Origin: an uncultured Methanosarcinaceae archaeon
Lineage (GTDB): Archaea; Halobacteriota; Methanosarcinia; Methanosarcinales; Methanosarcinaceae
Reading direction: 5' to 3'
Length of the DNA: 64,000 bases
Assembly (NCBI GenBank): GCA_963733675.1
Contig: CAVTET010000001.1
Span: forward strand, 576,001 to 640,000
Shown here: positions 11,790 to 24,330 of the stretch, piece after piece
Position numbering within the stretch: the stretch's first letter is position 1
How the letters are laid out: the number at the start of each line of letters is the position of its first letter
Notes under the pieces: generated by a model
Databases searched by the model: none
What the model saw: the letters and a program-made list of their open reading frames with translations, nothing else
What the model was told of the DNA's origin: nothing
Translations under genes and position numbers: made by a program

Positions 11790-12476
11790 TTAGTCAATCA
11801 ATAGAATAGACATTGGTTCAGGTTGCCCTTTAATGGGAAATTCTATGGGCATCTCTGATTCCGCAGCAGTTTTCTTCATATTGATTCCAACTGCGTGCTC
11901 CGGAATTCTTGCCATATTTGAATGGATACAGATTCCCTTTTCCACGTTGCATTTTTCACAAAGCCTACATGAACCATTCACGAATGCGACTGCAAAGGTA
12001 AAACCTTCATTAAAAGCTGCCTTTTCAAGCTCTAGCATCGCTAAAGCCATTTTTTTGCTGTAATCAAAATAATCTGACCAGAACTTTGCTGCTTTTTCCC
12101 TTGTTTCCTCAGACTCAGTAGGGTCAAGCCATGTTTTGTATGGAGCTTTTGCAATTTCTTCGTCTGCGACTGCAGGAGATCTGAACTTGACAAGCAGCGC
12201 ATACCTGTACTCGTTGAGTATCTCCCGAAACTCATCAACAGTTGGAACATGCGGTGGGCAGGTAAGCTTTTTCCCGTAGCCTATACATCCCCTGCATTTT
12301 AAAACCACCCTTTTCTCTACAAATACCTTGGAAATTGGAATTATCTTTGCATCAATTGCATCCATTTCCAGGGCTTTTTTTACAAGTAAATCACATTTTT
12401 CGGGTTCTATATCTCTGAATGACAAATTCACTCCTCCTAATGACTTTTTCCCAATTAAAAGCGACTTATTAGTCAT
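11790..12476 (-). CDS. DUF2284-type Cys-rich metal-binding protein
   Basis: KCxxCxxYGKKLTCPP, GSCRLCEKC, PEHAVGIN. Confidence 0.8.
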   Translation of the reverse strand: MTNKSLLIGKKSLGGVNLSFRDIEPEKCDLLVKKALEMDAIDAKIIPISKVFVEKRVVLKCRGCIGYGKKLTCPPHVPTVDEFREILNEYRYALLVKFRSPAVADEEIAKAPYKTWLDPTESEETREKAAKFWSDYFDYSKKMALAMLELEKAAFNEGFTFAVAFVNGSCRLCEKCNVEKGICIHSNMARIPEHAVGINMKKTAAESEMPIEFPIKGQPEPMSILLID

Positions 12477-12977
12477 AATTTTATTAGAAAATAGGTACTG
12501 TCAGGCGCAGTATATTATATAATCGTTTGCAAATATCTCTATTTCAGTGCAATTTTTATGAAAGTGGTCAAATCAAGTTCTCCTCATGTAGAATTTTTTA
12601 TCATTTTGTAAAATGTGGATTTGGCGAGTTCACTGATGCATAGATTTTTTTTGTTGCAAATCTATGCATTCTCTTAATTTCAGTCAAAATTTTGTAACAA
12701 TTTTATCTAAATATATATATATATATATATACATTCTTATTAAAATAAATGGATACCTAAAAGCCAAAACGTTTATAAAAACTATACTATTATTTTGACA
12801 AATTCCTAAATTTAATCATGTGAATATAAATAATGTATAAATAATTAGTGAAAACTCAGAGATTTAAAATCATCATAAATATCAATCAGTACACTTTCAG
12901 AATTTAGTGATGATTTGAAATTGAAAACCACTCGATTTTGAGATTGAGCCTCTCATTAAGTACAACTGTCAAAAATA

Positions 12978-13712
12978 ATGCTTAAAAGATGGAATATTAT
13001 GAAACTGAAATATAATATAGTCTTTCTATTAATCAGCATGGTTTTATTTTCGGCGATTGCACTTCCAGCATCCTCAATCATGAAGTTTGCGGCACAGCCG
13101 TATTACATTGATCCACAGCATAATTTGTGGCTCAAAGTCAACATGAATGAAAGTACACAACATTTCAATGTGTACAACACACCTGGCTATTCTTCCAATG
13201 GAGATATAGTCATGGGCATACGATAACTTTAGCTCCGGCAGCTTAAATACATCAAAGTGGGCATCTTACAAAGAAGGAAGCAATAATTCAACAGTAGACA
13301 TACATAATGGACATTTGGTGTTGTCAGGCTCTGGTAACACATCTTCTGCGAATGTTGTATTGAATAAGCCATTCACTAAAGGCATTGAATTAGCGGTCAA
13401 TGAAACACTAACAGGGGGTACTCATAACTTAGGTACATTTTCTGATGTTTCTTTTGGTTCCGGCGCACTCGTATGTGGGATTCGGGGAACGGATTGGTGG
13501 CATACAAGCTTCAATGATGGTGGCTCATTCCAAAATCAAGGAATGGACAAAGCAATTATTTGGGTAAACTCAAACAGTTTGGATATCGAGATACCAACTC
13601 CTGGAATCACACTAGGTGATTATATCAAAGAGAATGTTCCCCACACAGTAACATACGGTTATGATGCTTATGGTAATGCAACTATGTACATGCTAAATGT
13701 AACTCAAAATCG
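12978..13712 (+). pseudogene. Secreted protein gene, frameshifted and truncated by MITE
   Basis: Signal peptide; split ORFs 12978 and 13315; the 3' end of the second ORF runs into the MITE. Confidence 0.6.
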
Positions 13713-13862
13713 GGTTCCGTTGCAAAAAATCTGGCTTTCTTGCAAAATCAGAAAAAACCTTCACAATTAGGAAAGTTAATCATTTTCATTAGAAAGAAAA
13801 TGATACATAAAGGTGAAAATTATAGTGTCAAAATGCAGAAATATTATTTTTTCAACGGAACC
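13713..13862 (-). mobile_element. 150-bp MITE with IS6-type TIRs, copy 2 (opposite orientation)
   Basis: ggttccgttgcaaaaaa...ttttttcaacggaacc; reverse complement of copy 1. Confidence 0.9.
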
Positions 13863-14296
13863 GCATAAAGTGTTTCAAAGCTTATTTGGCATGAAAGTAC
13901 ATGATGTTCTCTTCCTCACGTACACTGTTTCTCATTTTTCCCCATAATTAAGAGTATTCTACGATTTCTTTATATATTTTCATCGATTGAGAATAATCAT
14001 CAAAGATTATATTGGTAATAGAAATACTTTAGACTTACAAATAAGAATAGAGATGAATTGAGATTTCAGTAGTTACTTAGCATTAAGAGATTATTTAATT
14101 AATTACAAAGAAATCTGATTTATTTATTTGTTTATTTATTTATTTATTTCGAAAGGAATATTATATATCTCTTTTATATGCTTATTGTCATATATGATTA
14201 TAGTAGGATAAAGTTCTCAATGTGACAAAAACATCTAACGATCCTTAAGTCAAACACTCTTAATGAGATGAAATTGTTGCGTTTATTCACTCAAAC

Positions 14297-17200
14297 TTGG
14301 ACAAAATTTGGATGAACGAAAAACTACGACAATCTGGCATTTATATTGTTGGAGATATGCTCTGGGGGGAGCATATCTGCCAATTCTATGATTCAAAAGA
14401 AGATTTAGCGGACATTCTGATTCCGTACTTCACATTAGGGTTAGAAAACAATGAGTTATGTCTTTGTGTTACGTCACAACCTCTGGACGTCGAGGATGCA
14501 AAAGAATCTATAAGGAAGGCTGTACCTTATTTTGATTCTTATCCAAACAAAGGGCAAATAGAAATCATATCTTACACTTGCTTGCATGTAACTGGGAGAA
14601 TCTACGATTCTAAAAGGATCATAAATTACTGGATTGAAAAAGTCATTCATGCCTTAGAAAATGGCTATAGCGGGCTGAAGTTGAGTGAAAATACTTCTTG
14701 GCTGGAAAAAAAGGATTGGGATTATTTTGTTGATTATATGGAAAAAATGGACGATATTATCAGTCAATACCAAATAATAGCTTTGGGCTCATATTTTTTC
14801 GACAAGTATATCACAACAAATATTATTGAAGTGGTCTCAAGCCATCAATTTTCTTTGAGCAAAGGGGAAGGAAAATGGAAGAAGGCAGATTATTTAGGGC
14901 GAAAGAGAGCTGAAGAAGTAGTTTTTCGAGCCGTGAAATATTGGGAATATACTTTTGATGCTGTGCCAGACCTGATAGTCACAATAGACACTAAATATCG
15001 GATAACCCGCGCAAACAGAACCATGGCGGTAAAATTGAGGTTTGCAAAAGAAGAGTGTATTGGGTTAACTTGCTGTCGTGCTATCCATGGAACAAGCGGG
15101 CCTCCTTTTTTTTGTCTGCACCAACAGTTGTTTAATGATGGACTCGAACACACTGCTGAGATTTGTGATTATCATCTTGGTGGTTATTTCATAGTAAGCA
15201 CCTCTCAACTACATGATTCAGAAGGAAAACTCATTGGGGGTATTTAAATCGCCCATGATATAAGTGAACGCAAAGTCGCTGAAGATGAGCTGCGCCAGAG
15301 TGAACATTGTATCGAGCAGAAGTTGGTGTATATCCCCTCATCGTCTCTAAAGATGGAGAATTTGCTTGCTGATATAATTGATATCCAGGTTATTCAGTCT
15401 CTCGTGAATGATTTCTATAAGCTCACTAGCATGCCTATAGGCATAAACGATCTCAAAGGCAATGTTCTGGTAAGCGCTGGATGGCAGGATATCTGCACTA
15501 AATTCCATAGGGTTCATCCACAAGTTTCCAAGTACTGCGTAGAAAGCGATACAAAACTAGCATCTGCTGCTACCCCTAGAGAACTTAAGATGTACAAGTG
15601 TAAGAACAATATGTGGGACATAGTGACTCCTATCATGTTGAATGACCAGCATGTCGGCTATATCTTCTCAGGACAGTTCTTTTTTGATGATGAGCCTCTG
15701 GACTATGAATTTTTTAGATCCCAAGCTAGAAAATACGGTTTCAATGAGGGAGAATACATGGCAGCGCTTAATAACGTTCCAAGGTTGAGTAGAGAGGCTG
15801 TGAAAACGGGCATGTCCTTCCTCATGGCATTTGCCAATACACTCTCACAACTAAGCTACAGCAATTTCACGCAGGCTCAATTGCTGACGGAACGCAATAC
15901 CCTGTTGAATGCGCTGCAGGAGAGTGAAGAACGTTTTCATACGATGGCAAATGCGATTCCACAATTGGCATGGATCTCCCGTCCAGATGGCTATATCTGC
16001 TGGTTTAATGAACGCTGGTACTCTTACACCGGTACCACTCCGGAGCAGATGGAAGGTTGGGGCTGGCAGATTGTTCACGACCCAGAAGTGCTGCCAAAAG
16101 TACTGGAGCAGTGGAAGGCTTCGATTTCGACGGGGCAAATGTTTGATATGGAGCTTCCTTTGCGCGGTACCGATGGTATTTTTCGCTCGTTTCTCACGCG
16201 TATTTTACCCCTGAAAGATGCAGCAGGAAACATCCTTTGGTGGTTTGGAACAAGTACAGATGTCACCGAGCGCAAAAAAACTGAAGAAGCCCTTAAAAAA
16301 GCACGTGACAGTTTAGAAGAAAAAGTCAAAGAGCGCACAACGGAGCTAGATAAAGCTTATAACTCGCTAAAAGAAAGTGAAAAAAGGCTCGCTGAAGCTC
16401 AAAAAATGTCTCATATTGGGAATTGGGAATTGGATCTTATAACTAACAAAATATATTTATCTGACGAATTGTATCTTATTTTTAACCACACTTTACGAGA
16501 ATTAGTCTCACCTTACAATGACTATTTAAGTTATGTAAGCCCCAAAGATCGAGACCATGTGGATAAGGCCTTTAAGGCAGCTATTGATGGAAAACCCTGC
16601 AGTATTGATCATAGAATTATCTTAGCTAATGGGGAAGAACGCACAGTCCATTTACAATCCGAAGCTATTTTTGATGAAAAAAAGATCCCTATTCGATTGA
16701 AGGGAATAGTTCAGGATATTACTGAACGTAAAAAAACTGAAGAGAAAATTCAGAGCTTAGCGAATGTTGTAGAATCATCAAATGATGCTATCCTTACTAT
16801 ATCTCTTGATGGTATTATTACTAGCTGGAATAGGGGTGCAGAGCAGATTTATGGTCATTCATCGGAAGAAATTATAGGAAAAAGCGTATCAATACTCTCA
16901 CCAGATGATCTCAAAGATGAAACAAAAAAGCTAATTGAAAAGGTTAAACTGGGAGACAGAATCCAACGTTACAGAACTTCAAGGTTAAGAAAAGATGGTA
17001 AGTTAATCTATGTTTCAATAGCTCTTTCTCCGGTTTTTGATTCATCTGGAGAGCTGGTGGCTATCTCAGCTATTACTAGAGATATCACTGAAAGCAAAAA
17101 AGCTGACGAAGTTTTAAAGTTGAAATTAGAAGAACTTGCCCGTTCAAATGAAGAGTTAGAACAATTTGCTTACGTTTCATCTCACGATTTACAAGAGCCT

Positions 17201-17848
17201 TTGTGGATGATAACAGGTTATTTGCAGCTTTTAAAACGGAGATATCAAGGCGAACTTGATGATAAAGCTGATAAATACATAAACTGTGCTGTTGAGGGGG
17301 CCTTCAGTATGCAAAACCTGATAAATGATCTTCTAGAATTCTCTCGAGTGACTACAATTACTAGAGAACCTGAATTTACGGATTGTGAATTTATTTTGAA
17401 TCAAATATTATCGAATTTAAAATTATTTATAATCGAAAGTAAAGCTACTGTTTCATATGGCTCTTTACCTAAGATAATGGCAGATTCTATCCAGCTAGTT
17501 CAGGTATTTCAGAATCTGATCATCAACGGAATAAAATTCCACGGTGAAAAGGCGCCAAAAATTCATATTTCTGCAGAGAAAAAAGCTAATGAATGGTTAT
17601 TTTCAGTTCAGGATAATGGAATTGGAATTGATCCTCGATGTTTTAAGAAAATCTTTGAAATTTTTAAAAGACTGCATAAAAGGGAAGAATATCCTGGAAC
17701 AGGAATAGGGCTTGCAATTTGTAAGAAAATTATAGAAAAACAGGGTGGACGTATATGGGTAGAATCTGAACCGAGTAAAGGTTCAACTTTTTATTTCACT
17801 TTACCAATTAATCCTATAAAAGTTCAAAAACTAAGTTTTAACACGTAA
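14297..17848 (+). pseudogene. MEDS-PAS-PocR-PAS(x3)-histidine kinase split by a single in-frame TAA (15245-15247); downstream part may still be expressed
   Basis: WGEHICQFY (MEDS), CKNNMWDIVTPI (PocR), SHDLQEPL H-box, GTGIGLAICKKI. The two ORFs are in the same frame, joined by IAHDISERK. Confidence 0.85.
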
Positions 17849-18559
17849 GAAAAAACGTTCAAATTGTTATTGAAATTCATTTATTAAAGAAGTCTCACTA
17901 ATTAATTTCTAACAACGTTTCCCATTTCTTTTGCTTTGAATAGAAAAGAAATCCTTAAAATATTTTGGTGTACTTTTTATATTAATGTATATGAATATAC
18001 GTGTAATAACAAGCTTTCATTTCAAAAAGTTCTTATTATGGTTCGTGGTGTCAGACTACATACAATGATGCTGATGAACTAAAGTTATTGCCATAGAAAA
18101 TATATGCAAAAACTTTATATTATATAATTGATAGTTAATCTATAGTAGTACATAACTACTCTATAGCAAACATTCTAAAAAGAAATGTTACATTGTAGTT
18201 ATGTATCTATAAGTGATAAATTGTCGGCGAACTCTCCAACAGATGGTCTACGCAGCTGCAGGTATCTCTTACCGTTTTAGTGTAGTTATGTGTCTGGCAG
18301 TGAAATTATCACTGGGCTCTCCGACAGATAGTCTCCCACGCTGCAGGTATTTCTTTCCTGCAGCTTATAATATATACTTTTGTTGGTACATCGTTGATGA
18401 CCATAAGACATCAGTTATTCACTGCTGTTGCCATGGTCAAGAATTAAAATTTCGGATCTCTAGGATAACCCTGCGGGATCAGAGAACTGTAGGGTCTCAA
18501 GAATCAACAATGACAGTAATCTTTTTAGATAAACCATTTCTGTTTCTCAGATTTTACAT

Positions 18560-18905
18560 TTAATTTTGCTAATAAGATTTCATGTTATTGCGGTAATTTT
18601 CCTTGCCAGGGCAATAATTCTTTTGAATGTCAATTGATTCCTTCTTCCAATTTAAAAACTCTTTTAGCTTGTTATTTTATTTCTTGCTGTTGCATGAGCA
18701 ATTTGTGTTAGAATCCATTTGCGTTATTTTATCCTCTTTTTTTGGTTTTATGGTTGTATCTATTTATCTATATATTGGTATACATTCAGAAATATTCCCA
18801 GCTAATAAGCAAGCTTATTCCTGAAGAAGAATCTTTCAAATTATCGATACCAGCAGTTAGAGTTACTACACCAATTTCTCCAACACCAGGAACAGACATT
18901 AAAAT
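18560..18905 (-). mobile_element. IS110-family transposase remnant
   Basis: VPGVGEIGVVTL...KLAY*LGIF..VYQ...KRG fragments. Confidence 0.6.
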
Positions 18906-18906
18906 T

Positions 18907-19677
18907 TTAATTTACGTTCTTTGTATGCAAACAGAGGAGACCTTTTTTGATTATATCTCGTTCTTTTTGGAAATAACTTTCTTTTATAAAGGTCATGCTT
19001 TTACAATAATAGTCAAGCCCTCTAATAATAACCACCGGAATTCCGCCTGCTCCCTCACCCATCAGAAGGTTTGCAGCACCTGCAAGTTCATCTGCAACTG
19101 CCTCTTCTGTGATCTCAAGGGTTTTACCAAATAGGTCTTTTTCTCCAATCCAGCTTTTTATAGGTTTTATTTTATAAATCCCGATGGCAACACCAGTTTG
19201 CCCCATCTTAAAAGCTCTACCGTTTGTGTCAGTGACGATGACACTTAATCTTTTGCCACTCAGCCTTTCAATTCCATTCCCTATTTTTGAGGCACTAAAA
19301 TCCGGATTTTTTGGAGGGTAAAGCAAAAATCCATTTTCGATATTAGATTCATCAATTCCTGCATTTACACAGGTATGTCCTGTAAGAGTTGTTACAAGCA
19401 TGAAAGGTATTTCTACAAGGACTTCCCTGCTTCGGGTCAGTATAGCCTGGATAAATCTTGCATCTTTCCCGTTTCTAGCTGAAATATCAAGTGCTTTTTC
19501 TCCCGGCTTGATATCTTCAAGCCTGAAGGTATCACCTTCAGCTTTAGCAACAACTGTAGAGGCAATGATCACAATGTCCCTGTCATGAAGTTCGATATTC
19601 TCACATATAATCGAGGGCAGATCGTCTCCATTATGTATCAGGGGGATGTTTTCTATGGCTATGGCTTCGAATTTCAA
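18907..19677 (-). CDS. cofE: Coenzyme F420-0:L-glutamate ligase
   Basis: IASTVVAKAEG, CVNAGIDESN, VIVTDTNGRAFK.G, ADELAGAANLLMGE. Confidence 0.93.
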   Translation of the reverse strand: MKFEAIAIENIPLIHNGDDLPSIICENIELHDRDIVIIASTVVAKAEGDTFRLEDIKPGEKALDISARNGKDARFIQAILTRSREVLVEIPFMLVTTLTGHTCVNAGIDESNIENGFLLYPPKNPDFSASKIGNGIERLSGKRLSVIVTDTNGRAFKMGQTGVAIGIYKIKPIKSWIGEKDLFGKTLEITEEAVADELAGAANLLMGEGAGGIPVVIIRGLDYYCKSMTFIKESYFQKERDIIKKGLLCLHTKNVN

Positions 19678-19824
19678 ATGTCTTCCTCATAAATCTTTGA
19701 ACTCGCAATGTAGAGTAATATGATTTTGATTTTTTCAAACGCGGAAAAAATAGCTCCGTGCAAACAAAATTTCAGAAATAAAGGCAGTAACCATAAATAA
19801 GACCACCGATATAATGGACCTTGT

Positions 19825-19883
19825 GGCGATGATGAGAGTTACCCCAACTGAGCAAAAGATGATGAGAACAATTTTCTGATGCC
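19825..19883 (+). ncRNA. Archaeal C/D-box methylation guide sRNA
   Basis: C ATGATGA 19829-19835, D' CTGA 19848-19851, C' ATGATGA 19859-19865, D CTGA 19876-19879; terminal GGC/GCC stem. Confidence 0.85.
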
Positions 19884-20024
19884 GCCTTTTATATCATTTA
19901 TTCACTTTGCTATGTTTCCTTCTTTCCTTATTTTTCCGATACTTTTTTCTTTTCTTGGCGCATTTAAGAATTTCTATTCAATCTTTAAACCAAATCTCTT
20001 TAGGGGTGTTAATTACGAGCCAGT

Positions 20025-20407
20025 ATGACATGAATGAAATTCTACAAAAAATAAAGAATAAGAGCCCTTTTGAGTTAAAAGATAATGAAAGAAGCAGGCC
20101 CTCGAGTTTGAGGGTTATCGTCAGCAAACTGTACTACTCCCTAGACTATGAAAACGAGCCTCAGGCTTCAAGGGAAAAAGTGACTCAACTTCTTCTTTAC
20201 CATGGCCAGTTTAGTCTGGAAGAGATCGAGGAGATATTCCGATCATCTGCAAAAGAAACTACTTCTTATTCAATTGAATTTCTAAAACAGCACCCTGAAG
20301 TTGCAAAGGCCGAATCCCTGAAAAGTAAAGAGTTTCCGGATGAAACAGAATGGGAGGGAGTTGAAAAACCCACGGAAATAAAATACATTTTTCCCCACTA
20401 TCGATGA
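20025..20407 (+). CDS. Hypothetical protein
   Basis: C-terminal part of ORF 19907..20407 has protein-like composition; start uncertain. Confidence 0.55.
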
Positions 20408-20639
20408 GTTTCCATCTGAGAGGGCTCAACTTAATAGAATGGTCAAAAAAGCTCAAAATATTGTTTATGTGAATAAATTTGGGATTATTCATCTGGTAAA
20501 ATAGCATATTAACAATATCCTCTAATACCTAAAATTTTTCATTCACTTTTAACTATTCCTTTTACCTCTCTATATTCTACAAATATCCCCGTCTTGAACT
20601 TTTTCTCATCCATAGCTTTAGTTAAATATGTATACTTTG

Positions 20640-21840
20640 AAATTTTTAAAAGGTACTGTTTTGAGTTTGATGCAATGGTAATAATGGTGATAATGTACAT
20701 TTTTATGTTGTTGCTGAACCAAAAAACTCTCCTTCAAACTTGATGTGGATTACACAAAATATAAGAGCAAGAAAAATCTTTAAAAAATATTATGAAATCT
20801 AAAAAACAATTAAAAAGGATAAATTTTGAAGAGATAAATGTTGCATTGATACTGTGAATAATTGTACAATTTCCGGTTCCGTTGCAAAAACTTCAACAAA
20901 ATATGTAAATCTATAAGTGATTAATAAAAATCAAAATATTCAAGGAAAATGTACTAACATTATAAAGCTATACCAAACAAGTGATTAATGTATTTGACTT
21001 CATTAAGAACAGAGTAATTTAGATCGATTACTTGTCCTTTTTTGATCATATTTATAGCTTCAATTCCTTTTAAAGTCTTATTAGCAGATCGAAAAGACTG
21101 AAATCCTAACATTGGATTAACGATTCTCTTTATAGATCTGTGATCTTGTTCTATAATGTTATTCAAATACTTGATTTGTCGAATGCCTACGTTTTTAGGT
21201 AGTATTTTATCAATTTTTAGTTTATCTATAGCAGGTGGATAAGCTGGATTCTTATCAACGGTTATTAATCTTGGAATTTGATTATGATTAGAACTTAAAG
21301 CTTTCTTAAAGAATCTCTTCGCTGCCTTTCTATCTCGTTTTGAACTTAACATGAAATCAATTGTATCTCCATTTGAGTCAACTGCTCGGTAAAAATATTT
21401 CCATTTACCTTTTACTTTGATATAGGTTTCATCAACTCTCTACGAATCATTTGTTGGTCTTAAATGTCTTCTTATCTTCTTTTCTATTTCAGGGGAATAT
21501 TGATGTACCCATCTCATGATTGTTGTATGGTCGACTTTTACTCCCCTTTCTGCCATCATTTCCTTTAAATTTCTATAACTTAATGCATATTTTAAGTACC
21601 ATCTTACATTCAATAAGATAATTTCCCCTTCATAATGCTTCCATTTAAAGGAATTAGATAGCATGTTACTATCTTTGGTTTTCTTTTTATTCTATTGTAT
21701 CATTAGAAAGGATTTTTTGCAACGGAACCATTAAAAACGCTGTTAAAAATCAGGGGAACAATAAAGTAAAAAAATCATATAAGTAAATGAAAATATTTGA
21801 TTTGGAATAATTTCTTTATTTCCAAAGCTGGAGGCGAATA
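20640..21840 (+). mobile_element. Old IS200 remnant interrupted by IS6
   Basis: 20650-20874 and 21730-21810 align with consecutive parts of the 9.4-9.9 kb tnpA. Confidence 0.7.
20875..21729 (-). mobile_element. IS6-family element, copy A; 234-codon transposase (21664-20960) with a single in-frame TAG
   Basis: TIRs GGTTCCGTTGCAAAAA; NDS*RVDETYIKVKGKWKY, NNIIEQDHR motifs. Confidence 0.95.
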
Positions 21841-21882
21841 GATTCAGTTGCCTATGGTAGGTTCCGAAACAGAGACTTGATT

Positions 21883-23046
21883 TTAATTCTCTTTACCGAT
21901 CTCCTTAATTTCAGATGAATTCTGTTTTTTTTCTCTTTTTTTTCGTTTCCAGTTTTCATCAGCCTTATTTGATACGGAATATTTTATGCCTGCAAGAGCA
22001 ATAAGAACTGCAATAATGGTCGAGTATACAAAATATTGAAGTGCTAGAGATGTCTCATTAGTGCCCCCTGTTGAAAGTGAAAATGCTGCTAAAATATACG
22101 TGGTTGCACCCCAAAAAAGTAACCCAGTTGCGATGATAAAAAGAGAGATTGAAACATTCTTATATATCGGTTTACCCTCCATCCTTAGATCGAATATTTT
22201 CCCTAGGTCTGCAAGTATTAGGGCTCCTGCATACCACCAGACAGAGGCATGGGCGAAAACTGAGACAAGAGTAAGGGTTCCATGGTACCATATTCCTTCT
22301 CTCGAATAAAGTTTCCATACTTCCATGGCACCATATGAAGTTGCTATAAGACTGGTAAGTATGGCAGCCATATAGCTTATAAAAACCATTTTTTGTTCAA
22401 GAAAAGCATCCATCAACCTTTCTTCTTCAAGGGCAACAATATCATCCAGCCCAAATCCCCTATACAACATGTAAAGTCCAACAGCTGCAAGAATTCCTAC
22501 AATTGCACCTTCGGGATAATGAGCAAGCAGAAATATGGAATAAATAAGAAAAGCAAGTCCTAAAGGCACAAAAAAAGTCTGGGATATTTTCGGGTTGCTG
22601 AATGCATGTTTCAGGATATAATAAGTACTTTCTAGGTTTTCGCTTTGCATTACCACAATTCTTTTTACAGAATCGATTTTCATGCGGGATTGGACAATAG
22701 GAACTAGGGTTTCATCTTCTGCTCCATCCGAGACAAAGATCGATCTCTGCACTTCATTAGTCTGGAGGAAGTTTTCGAGCTGTTCCGCTATTTTCTGGTC
22801 TGAAATAACTCCTACATTTTTGTCTCCTGCAAAAGAGATTATCTCCACGTCAGCTCCCTTTGCTCGCAGTTCATCAAGTATCCGGATTCCGCCGAAAATT
22901 GTATTGGTATCCGAGTCCTCCGGATCTGCGATCCCAAGTGCAACAGCAGCTTGAATGTTTGCTTCCCTTCCTATTATAGGGGTTTTTAAATTTGCTTTTT
23001 CTCCAAGGTCATTATCTCGGTCTATGCATATAATTAGGGTCTGCAT
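21883..23046 (-). CDS. DUF373-family membrane protein
   Basis: CIDRDNDLGEK, DPEDSDTN, SDGAEDE, VVMQS plus C-terminal TM helices. Confidence 0.9.
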   Translation of the reverse strand: MQTLIICIDRDNDLGEKANLKTPIIGREANIQAAVALGIADPEDSDTNTIFGGIRILDELRAKGADVEIISFAGDKNVGVISDQKIAEQLENFLQTNEVQRSIFVSDGAEDETLVPIVQSRMKIDSVKRIVVMQSENLESTYYILKHAFSNPKISQTFFVPLGLAFLIYSIFLLAHYPEGAIVGILAAVGLYMLYRGFGLDDIVALEEERLMDAFLEQKMVFISYMAAILTSLIATSYGAMEVWKLYSREGIWYHGTLTLVSVFAHASVWWYAGALILADLGKIFDLRMEGKPIYKNVSISLFIIATGLLFWGATTYILAAFSLSTGGTNETSLALQYFVYSTIIAVLIALAGIKYSVSNKADENWKRKKREKKQNSSEIKEIGKEN

Positions 23047-23789
23047 GGCTCCTCTATAACTTTAAAAGCTTACTCAATGCAGAGAATTGATTTTTCCTGA
23101 ATACTATCTTTGAGTTTGGCATTTATTAGTTTCTGATCGGAGTTTTCGATAGACTTCTGTAATCAGTTAAGTGTGCTTATTTTACAACAATAGTATCTTC
23201 ATTAATACTTTATAAGCTTGTATTGTGATGAAACCACTTTTGTAACCATTTCTCATTTTCAAATTCAATTTTAGCTTTAGTGAATATGGGTTGCCATATA
23301 GTATATAATTTTTATTATATCTTGTAAATTATTTAGGTATGCTCCTATGCATTTGAGTCTTGGAGAGTTTAAATCTCTGAACAATAATTTCTACTTACTA
23401 AAACTCTTACTTTTACGTTCTAAAAAAATGTTAAAGTTTCCAGTCAATAGAGATTTATTTGGTGAAATTGATTCCTTTTAATGGACTGGATATCTTTTTG
23501 TATACCGGATAGTCAATCTATTTTAACAGATACAGTCTTTAATAGACAAAATTTTGAAGTAATAATGATGCTTGTAATATTTGTTTTACAGAGAGAGCAT
23601 GATCTTTCAGACTTTAAACTTGAGAAACAATCTATTGATTGAATTTCTTTAAGAAAATTTCTTGATTTTCCTGAGTACATACCATACAGACCACGGTTTA
23701 GTAATTCAGGAAAAAATATTGATAACTGCAAAGAAAAAGAAATATGGAGACAGTTGCAAAGATAACTTAATTGCCTTAATTTGAAAAAA

Positions 23790-24330
23790 AATGTGACTGA
23801 TCCCGGAAGCTACCTTTGTCCATCCAGATGCTGGGCCTGCAAGCATGGATAAAAATCGAGAAACTAGGGCAAAAATAACATGGCAAGGTGGGATCTAGAT
23901 CAAAAAGAGTGTTAAGTCACATCTTGGACATAAACTTCATAGCATAATAAACAGGGATTATGAGCTGATCAGAAGCTTCAAACCAACAACTTCATAACTT
24001 CATGATTCTAAAGTAAATTTATCAGAAAAAAATTGAGTGATTTATAGAGACTGAGGATACTACGAGAAAAAAAATTAACAGTTTAAGATGTAAAAATTAA
24101 AAGAGCTTTAAAAGAAAATCCTCTGGGCATGAGTGATATATTATTAAACAAGAGGATCAGCTTAAAAGGATTCAAAGAAATGAGTTTATACCATAAATTG
24201 AAAGACATTCAAAGTGGAAAAATTCTTGTCACCATTGTTTAAAAAGTAAATCTAAAGATTTTGGATACAGTTTTTGTGATAATCTATATTAATTAATGAC
24301 ATGGAAAATAAATGGAATATTCTTTTAAGA
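23790..24330 (+). mobile_element. IS5-family transposase remnant
   Basis: KSHLGHKLHSIINRDYELIR...LHDSKVNLSEK...IYRD.GY fragments with many stops. Confidence 0.65.

Noticed and set aside
12711-12730. (TA)n microsatellite and hairpin at about 12637-12670
   Set aside because: Intergenic low-complexity sequence with no evidence of function
13768-13770. TAG ending ORF 13315 as a Pyl candidate
   Set aside because: The codon lies within the inserted MITE
15245-15247. In-frame stop in the kinase as a recoding site
   Set aside because: It is TAA, not TAG; best explained as a nonsense mutation
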